Part shown: piece by piece, positions 63,134 through 64,000 of the stretch
Layout: the number at the start of each line of letters is the position of its first letter
How positions within the stretch are numbered: position 1 is the first letter of the stretch
Assembly (NCBI GenBank): GCA_947478395.1
Contig: CANJVR010000002.1
Location: forward strand, 704,001 to 768,000
Origin: Opitutia bacterium
GTDB taxonomy: Bacteria; Verrucomicrobiota; Verrucomicrobiia; Opitutales; Opitutaceae
Reading direction: 5' to 3'
Length of the DNA stretch: 64,000 nucleotides
Translations under genes and position numbers: made by a program
Notes under the pieces: model-generated
The model's database searches: none
The model's input: only the letters and a program-made list of their open reading frames with translations
Told to the model about the DNA's origin: nothing

Positions 63134-64000
63134 ATGAAAATCAGATTTTTCCCAATCACGTTCGCCGCCATCTCTTGCGTCGGGTGGGCGGCCGACATCT
63201 CCGGCACGTGGAAGGCCGAATTCAACACGCAGATCGGCGTGCAAAAATACACCTACGTCTTCAAACAGGAAGGGACGACGCTCACCGGCAGGGCGGTCTC
63301 CGACATCAACGACGAGAAGCGTGAGACGGAATTGACGCAAGGGAAGGTCGCGGGGAACGCGATTTCGTTCCTCGAGACGCTGATTTTCCAAGGTAACGAA
63401 CTGCGGATTGCTTATCACGGCGAATGGTCGGGCAACGAAATCAAATTCACGCGTGAAATTGGCGAATACGCCAGGGAAGACCTCGTCGCGAAACGCGACA
63501 TGCCCAGCGTTCAGTCTGCGCGTCCGCCCGCGACGGACAGTCGCAGTGGCCGCGGCATTCAGCCCATCGTGCTTGGACCCGACGACAAAGCGATCGCGCC
63601 GCCCGCGCCGACCGGGTTCAACACCGCACGCGATGGGATCGCCCACGGGAAGCTCGAGACAGTCGAATATAATTCCAAAACCATCGGCAGCCGGCGCAAA
63701 ACACTCGTCTATACGCCGCCGGGCTACACGGCCGAAAAGAAATATCCTGTGCTCTACCTGCTGCACGGGATCGGCGGCGACGAGGAGGAATGGCATCGCG
63801 GCGCCCGGCCCGAGACGATTCTCGACAACCTAATCGCGGACCAGAAGGCCGGGCCCATGATTGTTGTTCTGCCTAATGGCCGGGCCCAGACGAACGACCG
63901 CGCTGAGGGGAACGTCATGGCCTCAGCCCCGGCGTTCGCTAAATTCGAGGGGGACCTCCTCAACGACCTAATACCGTTCATCGACGCCAAATATTCGACG
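63134..64000 (+). CDS. CE1-like esterase (XynZ feruloyl-esterase type), 3'-partial
   Basis: Hand translation: signal peptide MKIRFF, ADISGTWKAEF domain, VYTPPGY...KYPVLYLLHGIGGDE, ILDNLIA. Runs off the window. Confidence 0.85.
   Translation, partial: MKIRFFPITFAAISCVGWAADISGTWKAEFNTQIGVQKYTYVFKQEGTTLTGRAVSDINDEKRETELTQGKVAGNAISFLETLIFQGNELRIAYHGEWSGNEIKFTREIGEYAREDLVAKRDMPSVQSARPPATDSRSGRGIQPIVLGPDDKAIAPPAPTGFNTARDGIAHGKLETVEYNSKTIGSRRKTLVYTPPGYTAEKKYPVLYLLHGIGGDEEEWHRGARPETILDNLIADQKAGPMIVVLPNGRAQTNDRAEGNVMASAPAFAKFEGDLLNDLIPFIDAKYST

Overview
GC-rich bacterial chromosomal window. Gene content and style (PVC-type heme protein, TonB receptors without SusD partners, SufT, LpxI) suggest Verrucomicrobiota, probably Opitutaceae; this is an inference. 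Roughly 1-45 kb is mostly housekeeping and envelope genes: opgGH, family-4 UDG, riboflavin synthase, an HtrA plus pseudo-protease pair, leuS, lpxI, Dus, sufT, sppA, a nuclease-ligase fusion, uvrA, mpg, rplU-rpmA, pheA, scpB, ilvD, a PL4 lyase, pgi, rsmI and Ppx/GppA. Roughly 45-64 kb is a carbohydrate-esterase-rich locus with two TonB-dependent receptors. The most unusual signals are: (1) a small Cro/XRE-like HTH gene bracketed by three copies of a 21-bp AT-rich palindrome, ATGTCACTTA-W-TAAGTGACAT, one of which supplies its start codon; (2) a eukaryote-type protein arginine methyltransferase next to an unannotated 33-aa histone-H1-like peptide; (3) a candidate rod-shaped ncRNA; (4) simple-sequence tracts at a TonB receptor start; (5) several pseudo-enzyme domains, gene remnants, and REP/foldback repeats. 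No rRNA, tRNA, CRISPR array or transposase was recognised.
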